Shown here one piece after another: positions 39,860-49,869 of a stretch of 64,000 nt of DNA; the first letter of the stretch is position 1; each line of letters begins with the position of its first letter. A program made the translations under genes and the position numbers. This DNA comes from an uncultured Armatimonadetes bacterium (GTDB lineage Bacteria > Armatimonadota > UBA5829 > DTJY01): positions 4,160,001 to 4,224,000 of the forward strand of contig OY970325.1 of NCBI GenBank assembly GCA_963717145.1, given 5' to 3'. The notes under the pieces are model-generated. The model was not told the DNA's origin. It did no database searches and was given only the letters and a program-made list of their open reading frames with translations.

Positions 39860-40426
39860 TCAACCATCAGCCATCAACCATTTCCTCAGTATTCTTACTG
39901 CCGCCGACATCCTGGATTTCACGGTTCCAATCGGTATCTCCAGAATCTCGGCGATCTCTGCATACTTCATCTCCTGGAACTGGCTCAACACAAAGACCAG
40001 CCGATAGTGATCCGGCAACTCCGCGATCGCCTGCCTGATCCTTCGATCCTCATACCGCCGAATGAGAAGCTTCTCGAGGCCGGATTCGTCCTCGATAGGC
40101 TGCCATGTCTCCTCAAGGAACATCGCTTCCGGACGGCATTTGCGCCTCCTTAGCGCCGACAGCCAGTGGTTGCGAGCGATCTTGAAGATGTACGACCGGA
40201 ACGCTCCCGTCGGCTCGTATCTGACTCTCGCGAGCCAGAGGCAGACGAACACCTCCTGCGCGTAGTCCTGGGCCGCATCCGCGTTCCAGCACAGGGAGTA
40301 GAAGAAGCCCGAGAGCTGCCGCCGGTACCTGCGGATCAGCTCATCGAACGCTTCCTCGTCGCCCATTTTCACTTGGAGCATCAATTGTGTTTCCGGATCG
40401 CAGCACAGTTGCGCGCATTCCATCAT
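39860..40426 (-). CDS. ECF RNA polymerase sigma factor
   Basis: GDEEAFDEL, DYAQEVF, FKIARN, YAEIAEILEIPIGTVKSRM. Confidence 0.92.
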   Translation of the reverse strand: MMECAQLCCDPETQLMLQVKMGDEEAFDELIRRYRRQLSGFFYSLCWNADAAQDYAQEVFVCLWLARVRYEPTGAFRSYIFKIARNHWLSALRRRKCRPEAMFLEETWQPIEDESGLEKLLIRRYEDRRIRQAIAELPDHYRLVFVLSQFQEMKYAEIAEILEIPIGTVKSRMSAAVRILRKWLMADG

Positions 40427-40490
40427 CGCCGCCTCACTTATACAGAATGCTTTTCGCGCCAAAAGGTTCGCGCAACGCATGAAGGTTTCC

Positions 40491-40519
40491 TTGACAAGCA
40501 ATGTGGGCCACACTACAAT
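40491..40519 (+). promoter_or_regulatory. Sigma70 promoter of trxA
   Basis: TTGACA-17 bp-TACAAT. Confidence 0.75.
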
Positions 40520-40557
40520 GGGCGTCGAACGACATAATGGGATCGAGGAGGAACGAA

Positions 40558-40881
40558 ATGAGCAATGCACTGGCGGTTACCGCCGAGGATTTCGATAAGG
40601 AAGTACTTCAGTCCGAAATACCCGTGCTCGCCGATTTCTGGGCGGACTGGTGTGGGCCGTGCAAGGCCCTGGGCCCGACGATCGATGCGATCGCAGATGA
40701 GACCGCCGGAAAACTCAAGGTAGTGAAGGTCGATACGGACAAGGCGCCTTCCGTCGCCGCGAAGTATGGCATCATGAGCATCCCGACGCTGATCCTGTTC
40801 AAGAAGGGCGATGTCATCGAGCAGATGGTCGGCATGATGCCCAAGCAGTCGATCATGGCGAAGGTAACGCCTCACCTGTAG
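40558..40881 (+). CDS. trxA: Thioredoxin
   Basis: DFWADWCGPCK, SIPTL. Confidence 0.95.
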   Translation: MSNALAVTAEDFDKEVLQSEIPVLADFWADWCGPCKALGPTIDAIADETAGKLKVVKVDTDKAPSVAAKYGIMSIPTLILFKKGDVIEQMVGMMPKQSIMAKVTPHL

Positions 40882-40890
40882 AAACCTATG

Positions 40891-40975
40891 TCCTACTCGT
40901 ACTCCTAATCGTAATCGTACTCGTGAGCGCTTCGTCCCGATCCGAGTACGATTACGATTAGGAGTACGAGTAGGA
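40891..40975. repeat. Inverted hexamer-repeat hairpin
   Basis: TCCTACTCGTACTCCTAATCGTAATCGTACTCG and its exact reverse complement. Confidence 0.85.
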
Positions 40976-41042
40976 ACGCCAAGAAAACGGCTGTGAATTC
41001 TACCACGAACCGGTATCTCAACAATTCTGCGCAAGAACTTGG

Positions 41043-41072
41043 TTGACAGCACGGATTGTACCCGGCTATAAT
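41043..41072 (+). promoter_or_regulatory. Sigma70 promoter of the sugar ABC ATPase
   Basis: TTGACA-18 bp-TATAAT. Confidence 0.7.
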
Positions 41073-41219
41073 CGTGAAGGTGGGCGCAATCTCGGCTCTT
41101 GTCTCCGAAAGCGTCATCTCGCATCCGGAACACGCCGGCCCAACGCAATGCGCCTGCCTTAGCGTTCAGGGCACGAAACGGCGGACGAGTCGGCATCTGC
41201 ATGAGGAGGAACCAGAAAT

Positions 41220-42329
<1,110 letters not shown>

Positions 42330-42362
42330 GTGCGGAATGTGGAGTGTAGAGTGTAGAGTAAG

Positions 42363-42389
42363 TGGCCGGCCTCAGCGCCGGCCATTTTC
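42363..42389 (+). terminator. Rho-independent terminator
   Basis: TGGCCGGC-ctcagc-GCCGGCCA-TTTT. Confidence 0.6.
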
Positions 42390-42418
42390 ATGTCAAACTG
42401 CACACTATGTGACCAATA

Positions 42419-43213
42419 GTGAAGAGACAAAGAGTTAAGACACCGACCCCCTATCAAGATATCAACGATCTGCTCGCCGAATGGATGGAGGGAGCGAAGA
42501 ACATTCTCGGCGTGAATGTGGTCGGTTTGTACTTGTCCGGCTCTCTAACCTACGGCGATTTTATGCCTGGACGAAGCGATATAGATTTGCAGGCCGTGGT
42601 GCATCGCCCGTTGAGCCAAGACGATCTAGAGTCAGTTGAGCATTTGCATAAAGAGTTGAATGAGCGCTATCCGGCGTGGAAAAGCCGTTTGGAATGCTCC
42701 TATGTCCCGCTTGAACTCATGCAGGAAACATTGCCCCCGAAGAATCCCCGGCCGTGGTGGGGTTTTGATACGCTCTACGCGGAAGCTCCGGCAGGCAATG
42801 AGTGGATTATCAATCATTACTTTCTTGCAAAACACGGCGTTGCACTTTTCGGCCCTGATTTCGACACGCTCATTCCTCCCCTCGACATGCGAGAAGTGAA
42901 GAAAGCAAGCGCGCGCGATCTGTTCAAGGAATGGGAGCCGAAAATCAATGATTACGAGTGGCTTTCAGACAGCCATTGTCAAGCGTATATTGTCTTGAAC
43001 ATTTGCCGCATTTTGCATGCGGTCGTTGGCGATGGCCCTGGTTCCAAGAAGGTTGCGGCGAAATGGGTGAAATCAGTCTATCCGCAGTGGATAGACCTGA
43101 TACAGGAAGCTGAGCAGTGGGTATACGGCAAGGAAATGAATCGACAGGCGGAAGCTATAGCCTTCATCAGATTTGCGATTGAGAAAGTGAACCAGACAGA
43201 TCTTCTGAAATGA
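42419..43213 (+). CDS. Aminoglycoside adenylyltransferase-like nucleotidyltransferase (DUF4111 type)
   Basis: GLYLSGSL...SDIDL, VLNICRI, SKKVAAKW; visibly AT-richer than flanks. Confidence 0.75.
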   Translation: MKRQRVKTPTPYQDINDLLAEWMEGAKNILGVNVVGLYLSGSLTYGDFMPGRSDIDLQAVVHRPLSQDDLESVEHLHKELNERYPAWKSRLECSYVPLELMQETLPPKNPRPWWGFDTLYAEAPAGNEWIINHYFLAKHGVALFGPDFDTLIPPLDMREVKKASARDLFKEWEPKINDYEWLSDSHCQAYIVLNICRILHAVVGDGPGSKKVAAKWVKSVYPQWIDLIQEAEQWVYGKEMNRQAEAIAFIRFAIEKVNQTDLLK

Positions 43214-43223
43214 GTACTCAGCT

Positions 43224-44006
43224 ATGACATATGATTTCAATGGCAGGGATTACCGAAAAGCATCCGACCACCAGAAGGAATGGGGTCAACGCATCATTGC
43301 AGAACTGGGCTTGAACGGGCAGGATCGAATCCTCGACCTCGGATGCGGTGACGGCACGCTCACTTCGAACCTGGCCGATCTCGTGCCTCAGGGTAGCGTA
43401 CTGGGCATAGATGCCTCAGAGGGCATGCTCACTGCTGCTCGGCAGCATGTAAAGCCCAACTTGAGCTTCCGCCTGCAGGACATCAATGAGATCGCCTACT
43501 CCTGCGAGTTCGATATCGTCTTCTCGAATGCGACACTCCACTGGGTCAAGGATCATCGCCGGCTGCTGCGAAACGTAATGCATGCTCTGGCTCGTGGAGG
43601 GATCGTCCGATTCAACTTCGCCGGTGACGGGAACTGCTCGAACTTTTTTGCCGTTGTCCGTGAGGTCATGGCGGATGATCGATTCAGCCCTCATTTCGCT
43701 GATATGGAATGGCCGTGGTATATGCCCGCTTTGGCGGAATATGAAGCGCTGGTGCAGGAATTCCCATTTACCGATGTCCAGGTTTGGGAGGAAAACGCAG
43801 ACCGCTTCTTCCCGGACGCGGAGACGATGACCCGATGGATCGACCAGCCGAGCCTGGTGCCGTTTCTACCGCATCTGCCGTCCGAATCCCAGGGGGAGTT
43901 CCGAGACCTGGTCGTTGATCGAATGATTCGGCTTACGGAGCAGCCGGACGGCAGGTGCTTCGAGACGTTTCGCCGAATCAATCTTCTCGCGCGAAAACAG
44001 CCATGA
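43224..44006 (+). CDS. Class I SAM-dependent methyltransferase (Tam-like)
   Basis: ILDLGCGDG, FDIVFSNATLHW. Confidence 0.85.
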   Translation: MTYDFNGRDYRKASDHQKEWGQRIIAELGLNGQDRILDLGCGDGTLTSNLADLVPQGSVLGIDASEGMLTAARQHVKPNLSFRLQDINEIAYSCEFDIVFSNATLHWVKDHRRLLRNVMHALARGGIVRFNFAGDGNCSNFFAVVREVMADDRFSPHFADMEWPWYMPALAEYEALVQEFPFTDVQVWEENADRFFPDAETMTRWIDQPSLVPFLPHLPSESQGEFRDLVVDRMIRLTEQPDGRCFETFRRINLLARKQP

Positions 44007-44881
44007 AGAAGATCATGATCACCGGTGGAAGCGGAATGCTCGGGAGCTACGCGGCGACTCGGGCCGCCGCTCAGGGATGGGATGTCACCGCGACGTACTT
44101 CGGCAATCCCGTCGAACTCCCGGGCGTCCGGATGGTGCGCCTCGACCTCGCCGATCCGTGGGACGTGGTAGGGAGCATCTGCCCGGATGTCATCATCCAC
44201 ACGGCCGCGCGGGTCAAGCCGGACGTCTGTGAGGAAGAGAAGCGGCGCGCATTCGACGCCAACGTCATCGGCACGGACAACCTCCTCCGGTCCGCCGAGT
44301 GCGTCCATGCGCATTTCGTCCACGTCTCGACCGACCTCGTCTTCAGCGGCGAGCACAATCCCTACTCCGAAGGCGATCTGCTCAGCCCGCCGAACTATTA
44401 CGGCCTGACCAAGGCCGCCGCCGAAGCAGCCGTTCTCGCCGCCGGGACCGAGACCGCCATCGTCCGCACCTCGATCATCTACGGCCCGAGGATGTCTGCG
44501 CACCTGAACTCGTTCTCGGACAAGATCATCGAGTCGCTCCGGGCCGGAAAGCCGATGACCGCGTTCACCGATCAGCGCCGGTCCCCGATCCCGGCGCGGA
44601 ACCTGGCGGACGTGCTCCTCGAGATCGCGGATCGTCGGCTCACCGGCATCTTCCACGCGGTCTGTCCAGAGTCGAGCGCGCGGTACGACTTCGCGGTCAA
44701 GGTCGCCGAGACCTTCGGCCTCGACGCGTCGCTCATCCGTCCCGCCACGATGGACCAGTTCCCCTCCGCCGCCTTCCGCCCGCACACCATCATCCTCGAC
44801 ACGTCCGCCACCCAGGCGCGTCTGTCCACCCGCCTCCTCGGCTTCGAAGAAGGTATCATGGCACTACTTCAGCGAACGTAA
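44003..44881 (+). CDS. dTDP-4-dehydrorhamnose reductase-like SDR (RfbD/RmlD family)
   Basis: TGGSGMLG, VSTDLVF, YGLTK, DQRRSP. Confidence 0.8.
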   Translation: MKKIMITGGSGMLGSYAATRAAAQGWDVTATYFGNPVELPGVRMVRLDLADPWDVVGSICPDVIIHTAARVKPDVCEEEKRRAFDANVIGTDNLLRSAECVHAHFVHVSTDLVFSGEHNPYSEGDLLSPPNYYGLTKAAAEAAVLAAGTETAIVRTSIIYGPRMSAHLNSFSDKIIESLRAGKPMTAFTDQRRSPIPARNLADVLLEIADRRLTGIFHAVCPESSARYDFAVKVAETFGLDASLIRPATMDQFPSAAFRPHTIILDTSATQARLSTRLLGFEEGIMALLQRT

Positions 44882-44884
44882 TGC

Positions 44885-45022
44885 GTAGGGGCGAAACATT
44901 GGCCGATCATGCTCCACCGAGTGATCGCAGCACATGCCAATGGTTCGCCCCAGACCAGGCGAACCATTGGCGATTGCCAAGGCAGGTCACCGGTATCAGA
45001 TGGGCCAACGTTTCGCCCCTAC
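44885..45022. repeat. REP doublet, family B, upstream of the RAYT
   Basis: GTAGGGGCGAAACATTGGCC (44885) and GGCCAACGTTTCGCCCCTAC (45003-45022) with internal partial copies. Confidence 0.85.
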
Positions 45023-45041
45023 AGGTAGGTGGGAGGACAAC

Positions 45042-45650
45042 ATGCCGTTTGATCCGGAACATCATCACCGCCGTTCGATCAGGGTGTCAGGCCACGACTA
45101 CACCGTCGGCATGTACTTCGTTACGATGTGTACGCAGGGTCGCCAATGCCTTTTCGGCGAGATCATTGGTGGAACAATGGACTTGAGCCCCGCAGGCAGG
45201 ATTGTGCATGCGTACTGGGAGAGCATACCCAGGCGTTTCCCCCACGTGGTCCCAGATGCCTTTGTGATCATGCCGAATCATCTACACGGGATCCTCTGGT
45301 TCCGAGAACGGGGCGAACCATTGGCGGCTAGATCTGATCAGTTGGTCGACGTTCGAAGGGCCAATGTTTCGCCCCTACACCATGGCGTTGACCGGCGGGC
45401 CAATGTTTCGCCCCTACACGCTACGCCCGACGGAGCCCCTGCCGGTTCGCTCGGAGCTATGATTCAGGGCTTCAAGTCCTCCACGACGATCAGGATCAAC
45501 AGGGTAAACCGCACTCCGGGTCGAACAATATGGCAGCGCAACTACTACGAACACATCGTCCGCAGCGAGAAATCGCTTGATGCCATCCGGCAATACATCG
45601 AGGCCAATCCGACCGGCTGGCTGCACGACCCGGAGTATGTCAACCAGTGA
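45042..45650 (+). CDS. REP-associated tyrosine transposase (RAYT, Y1 HUH)
   Basis: RRSIR, YFVTMCT, VIMPNHLHGI (HUH), WQRNYYEHIVR, YIEANP. Confidence 0.9.
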   Translation: MPFDPEHHHRRSIRVSGHDYTVGMYFVTMCTQGRQCLFGEIIGGTMDLSPAGRIVHAYWESIPRRFPHVVPDAFVIMPNHLHGILWFRERGEPLAARSDQLVDVRRANVSPLHHGVDRRANVSPLHATPDGAPAGSLGAMIQGFKSSTTIRINRVNRTPGRTIWQRNYYEHIVRSEKSLDAIRQYIEANPTGWLHDPEYVNQ

Positions 45651-45663
45651 CATGGAGGAACGT

Positions 45664-46998
45664 ATGCGCACTATCATTACACTGATCGTCTTGATCGTCA
45701 TCACGGTATCGGCCCAGGGGGCGTACCAACCCACGTGGGAATCGATCGATTCGCGGCCCCTGCCGGCGTGGTACGACGACGCCAAGTTCGGCATCTTCAT
45801 CCACTGGGGCGTCTACTCCGTCCCCTCATGGGGGCCGAAGGGCAAGTACTCCGAGTGGTACTGGAACGACATGCAGAACAAGAACGGGGAGACGTGGAAG
45901 TATCATGTCGAGAAGTATGGCGAGAAGTTCCAGTACCAGGATTTCGCTCCGATGTTCAAGGCCGAGCTGTTCAACCCCGACCGGTGGGCCGACATCTTCG
46001 CCCGCTCAGGCGCGAAGTACATCGTCCTGACCTCGAAGCATCACGAGGGATTCTGTCTATGGCCGAGCGCTGAGTCCTGGAACTGGAACAGCGTCGATAT
46101 CGGCCCGCACCGCGACCTCTGCGGTGATCTCTCAGCATCCGTGAAGGCAAAGGGCCTGAGGATGGGTTTCTACTACTCGATGTACGAGTGGTTCAACCCG
46201 ATCTACCGCTCCGATCCCAAGCGCTATGTCGAGCAGCACATGCTTCCCCAGATGAAAGACCTGGTGACGCGGTACCAGCCGTCGCTCGTCTGGACCGACG
46301 GCGAATGGGATCACCCGAGCGACACGTGGCGCAGCACGGAATTCCTCGCATGGCTCTACAACGAGTCGGCGGTCAAGGATGAGGTCGTCGTCGATGATCG
46401 GTGGGGCAAGGGCACTCGCGGCAAACACGGCGGGTTCTACACGACCGAGTATGGCGGCGGTGTTGATAACCCCGCACTCGCAACGCACAAGTGGGAAGAG
46501 TGCCGGGGCATGGGCGCGTCGTTCGGCTACAACCGCAATGAGGACCTGGGCGATTACAGGTCCGCGACCGAGATGATCCACCTGCTCGCAGACCTCGTCA
46601 GCAGGGGCGGAAACCTGCTCCTCGACATCGGCCCGACCGCCGATGGGCGCATTCCAGTCATCATGGAGCAGCGGCTGATCGAGATCGGCGACTGGCTGAA
46701 GGTCAACGGCGAGGCGATCTACGGCACTAGGCCCTGGAGGATCACGTCCGAGAACGACGTCTGGTATACATCCAAGGGCGACACGGTCTACGCGATCGTA
46801 AAGCGTTGGCCGGGCAAGGAACTAGTCCTTAGCGAACCGAGAGCCTCCGCAGGCGCGGCCGTCACGATGCTCGGGGTGGCTCAGCCGCTGAAGTGGAAAA
46901 GTAAGGACGCCATGATGTACATCGAGGTTCCGCAGCTCTCCGTAGATGAAATCCCCTGCCGCCATGCGTATGCCTTCAAGCTCACTGGCGTGGAGTAG
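45664..46998 (+). CDS. Secreted alpha-L-fucosidase (GH29)
   Basis: KFGIFIHWG, TSKHHEGF, WTDGEW, GNLLLDIGP, EAIYGTRP. Confidence 0.92.
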   Translation: MRTIITLIVLIVITVSAQGAYQPTWESIDSRPLPAWYDDAKFGIFIHWGVYSVPSWGPKGKYSEWYWNDMQNKNGETWKYHVEKYGEKFQYQDFAPMFKAELFNPDRWADIFARSGAKYIVLTSKHHEGFCLWPSAESWNWNSVDIGPHRDLCGDLSASVKAKGLRMGFYYSMYEWFNPIYRSDPKRYVEQHMLPQMKDLVTRYQPSLVWTDGEWDHPSDTWRSTEFLAWLYNESAVKDEVVVDDRWGKGTRGKHGGFYTTEYGGGVDNPALATHKWEECRGMGASFGYNRNEDLGDYRSATEMIHLLADLVSRGGNLLLDIGPTADGRIPVIMEQRLIEIGDWLKVNGEAIYGTRPWRITSENDVWYTSKGDTVYAIVKRWPGKELVLSEPRASAGAAVTMLGVAQPLKWKSKDAMMYIEVPQLSVDEIPCRHAYAFKLTGVE

Positions 46999-47050
46999 GA
47001 TGTGGAGTGCGGAAGCGAAGTCTCTGGACGGAGCTTCCGCTTTTCCCGAA

Positions 47051-49687
47051 TCACGGCGCTGTAAAGGTGAACGTGTATGCCGAAGCGGTCGTTGCCCACG
47101 CCGGAACCCCATATGGATCATGCCAGTCAACGACACCCTCGTCCAAGGCGACCGTATACTGCAGGCCAGACACAAGTGGAGTCGAGGGCAACATCGCCAT
47201 GTGATAGGTGTGGCTGCCAGGATCATACGAGAAGTTGTCTTTGTCCGCCCAGGCCTCCGCGCTCAAGCGGACCCCTGATCGGTAGATCACAGAGTCCCAA
47301 CCGTTGATTGGACGGTCCCACGTGACGTCAATTGAGTCGCCATCGCATGTGGCCGACAGCACTTGAGGATGCCCGAAATAAGGCGATACAGGGTCGGGCG
47401 ACACTCGATGGAGTGTCACCGGTATCGCGCCGCCGGTGAATGTGTACGTTCCGGCAAGTGTGTCACCGTCAAGGGTCAACGAAAGACTGATCGCACCGAT
47501 CTGGTCGCTAATCACAAAGTGGCCTGTGAGGACGTTCCCATTCATCGCTCCGTCTGCTATAGCAGCACCACGCACGCTGCCTTGGACTGCTGTGCCTTGC
47601 TGAGTGAGAAGCATCCCTACGACGCCTCCCTCCCCAGATGTACCGGTTATCTCCCACCTACCAGTGACGCCATCCGTCGGATTGGAAGCAATCACTCCGA
47701 TGCTTGTGACTCTCAGTAGCCTCGCATGTTCATCGCCCATCTTCTTGATCGAGATGATTCCTGTCACGGCCGCATACTGCCAGGCGGGATTGGCCAGTAT
47801 TGTCGTTGGTGTCACGCAAGTGACCAAGGCGTCTGAGCCGTCGTCGATGGTGAATGTGTGGGCGTCCACGTATGTAAGAGAGCCTGTTATCTTCGCCAGC
47901 AGGCCGATGTTGTTCAAGCCGACTCCGCCCGTGACGCCGATCTGCCCCGCTCCTGTAGGCGAGTCATAGTGCCAGTTGCTGCCGCCGAGAGCTTTGTTAG
48001 TCAGACCGAGAGGCTTGGCATCCACTGTCCATCCCGACGTGTGTGGATCGACCGCCGTGGCCTCGACGTAGCGCTCGCCGGTCGTATCGGTCTTCATGGC
48101 GCCGGTCACCACATACCTCTTCCCGACGCTCACTTCACCGGTCGAGTCGACTCGAATGCCGCACGCCCGCTCGGGACTCGAGATGCCGTCCTGCTGGAGG
48201 TAGAACGAGCCGTCGAACACTGCGCTCACCACTCCACCGCCGATGATCACGGAGAGATCGTTCCCCTTCTTCTTCGCCTGGGAGACGGTGATCGCGGACC
48301 GATCGGCTACCAACGCTTGTGTCGTAGAGAAGAAGTCCGGAACTCCGGCGGGGAGGTGGATCATGGATACAAAGCGGCCGTCTGCGCTCATGAATCCGCC
48401 GGCGTCCCAGCCCGGCAGAGGAGCGCCCTCGCTATCGACACCCAATCTCTCCAGGCCTGTTCCATCCTTGTTTACGATGTATACATCCAGGACTCCGTCG
48501 CCTCCCGGCAGCAGGTCGCCGGCCCAGTTATGGAACGCGATCTTGTTTCCGTCGGCGGAACATGAGGGATCGTTGCTTGTCGCATTGCTCTGGCCGCCCA
48601 GCCAGTTGAGCGAGACCCTCCGGGTAGTGTGAGCGTTCCGATCCCTGACGAACACATCGTTCTGGCCGTTGGTATCGGGCGTGATCGAATCGAGGTTGGT
48701 CGCAAACGAGGAGAATACGACGACCGAACCGTCGTTGCTGATGATCTGGTTGTTGCCCCAGCAGAACCCGTTGCCCTGCTGCCCACTCGTGGAGACTGAC
48801 GCCCTCTCAGTAACCCCTGAGCCATGGTTGGTTGCGTTCACATCTCGCACGAACATGTCGTAGGTGTCGTTGGTGTCGCCGGGAACCAGGTTAGTTGCAC
48901 TGGAGGCGAATGCGACGTGCAGGCCGTCGCCCGATATCCGGGCGGTGATGTCGCTGTCAGGAATGCCGCCTGTGTGGTATATCTCCTGACCGGTGGCCTG
49001 CGCGCCGGACGAAGACAGACTGGCTCTGTAGGTGTTGCCGGCGGGAAGGTCTCTGAGGAACACGTCGGCCGCGCCGTTCGTGTCCCCACTGACCAGATTC
49101 GTGGCCACGGATGCGAACGCGACGTGAGCGCCGTCACTGCTGATGCTGGGATAGCAGCTTACCCCGTTACTCTGCACCTCCGATGACGAGACGGAAACCC
49201 GCTCCGTCGTGTGGTTGACCGTGTCTCTGACGAATATATCTCGGAGTCCATTCACATCACCGCTCACCAGATTGCTCGCCGACGAGGAGAACACCACATA
49301 CCTGCCGTTGCCGCTGATACATGGTTGATCCCATACCTCGTCATCCAGCAGACTGAACTCGCAGGAGGGTCCGTTCGCCTGTCCGCCGGGGTCTCCCGAG
49401 GCGACCGAGACGCGCTCCGTGACGCCGGTTTGGCGGTCGAAGACGAAGACATCCCTCACGCCGTTTGTGTCTCCCGGAACTACGCCGTCTACGTCTGAAA
49501 CGAACACGACGTATCGCCCATCGGCGCTCATGTTGCCGGGGCCGCCGTTGACGGGAACGCCGGTCGAACTCATCGAGACTTGCTCTGTGATAATGGCCGA
49601 CGCACTGCCGGCCAGGATGCACGCCAGCAGCACTGAGACCAGGATCGACAGGCGCAGGCGATCCATTATGCGTACAGGGTGAAACAT
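47051..49687 (-). CDS. Large secreted protein: TolB-like beta-propeller plus C-terminal beta-rich modules
   Basis: Repeated ISxDGxxVAFxSxATNLVxGDTNxxxDVFVRD; FYLQQ...CGIRV and GLNNIGLL region. Confidence 0.75.
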   Translation of the reverse strand: MFHPVRIMDRLRLSILVSVLLACILAGSASAIITEQVSMSSTGVPVNGGPGNMSADGRYVVFVSDVDGVVPGDTNGVRDVFVFDRQTGVTERVSVASGDPGGQANGPSCEFSLLDDEVWDQPCISGNGRYVVFSSSASNLVSGDVNGLRDIFVRDTVNHTTERVSVSSSEVQSNGVSCYPSISSDGAHVAFASVATNLVSGDTNGAADVFLRDLPAGNTYRASLSSSGAQATGQEIYHTGGIPDSDITARISGDGLHVAFASSATNLVPGDTNDTYDMFVRDVNATNHGSGVTERASVSTSGQQGNGFCWGNNQIISNDGSVVVFSSFATNLDSITPDTNGQNDVFVRDRNAHTTRRVSLNWLGGQSNATSNDPSCSADGNKIAFHNWAGDLLPGGDGVLDVYIVNKDGTGLERLGVDSEGAPLPGWDAGGFMSADGRFVSMIHLPAGVPDFFSTTQALVADRSAITVSQAKKKGNDLSVIIGGGVVSAVFDGSFYLQQDGISSPERACGIRVDSTGEVSVGKRYVVTGAMKTDTTGERYVEATAVDPHTSGWTVDAKPLGLTNKALGGSNWHYDSPTGAGQIGVTGGVGLNNIGLLAKITGSLTYVDAHTFTIDDGSDALVTCVTPTTILANPAWQYAAVTGIISIKKMGDEHARLLRVTSIGVIASNPTDGVTGRWEITGTSGEGGVVGMLLTQQGTAVQGSVRGAAIADGAMNGNVLTGHFVISDQIGAISLSLTLDGDTLAGTYTFTGGAIPVTLHRVSPDPVSPYFGHPQVLSATCDGDSIDVTWDRPINGWDSVIYRSGVRLSAEAWADKDNFSYDPGSHTYHMAMLPSTPLVSGLQYTVALDEGVVDWHDPYGVPAWATTASAYTFTFTAP

Positions 49688-49751
49688 TGTGTCCTCCGGG
49701 TGAACCGTTCTGTGAAGATGAGACGCGGATAGTTCAAGTCGCGCCTGATAA

Positions 49752-49795
49752 GTATAGCAGGCATCTCAGGGGCTAACAACTGGTAATATTACCAG
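49752..49795 (-). promoter_or_regulatory. Perfect CTGGTAATATTACCAG palindrome abutting a sigma70 promoter
   Basis: Palindrome 49780-49795, then on the minus strand TTGTTA-17 bp-TATACT. Confidence 0.7.
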
Positions 49796-49810
49796 CATTC
49801 AGGCAAGCAA

Positions 49811-49842
49811 TTGGGGCGGGACCTGTACAGGTCCCGCCCCAA
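49811..49842 (-). terminator. Hairpin downstream of the VIT gene
   Basis: TTGGGGCGGGACCTG-ta-CAGGTCCCGCCCCAA. Confidence 0.6.
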
Positions 49843-49869
49843 GTTAGAAGGAGGACTCGGAGAGTGTTG

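Noticed and set aside
41073-41219. Long 5' leader of the ABC ATPase as a riboswitch
   Set aside because: I could not match any known aptamer or find a terminator/antiterminator; an Infernal/Rfam search would be needed.
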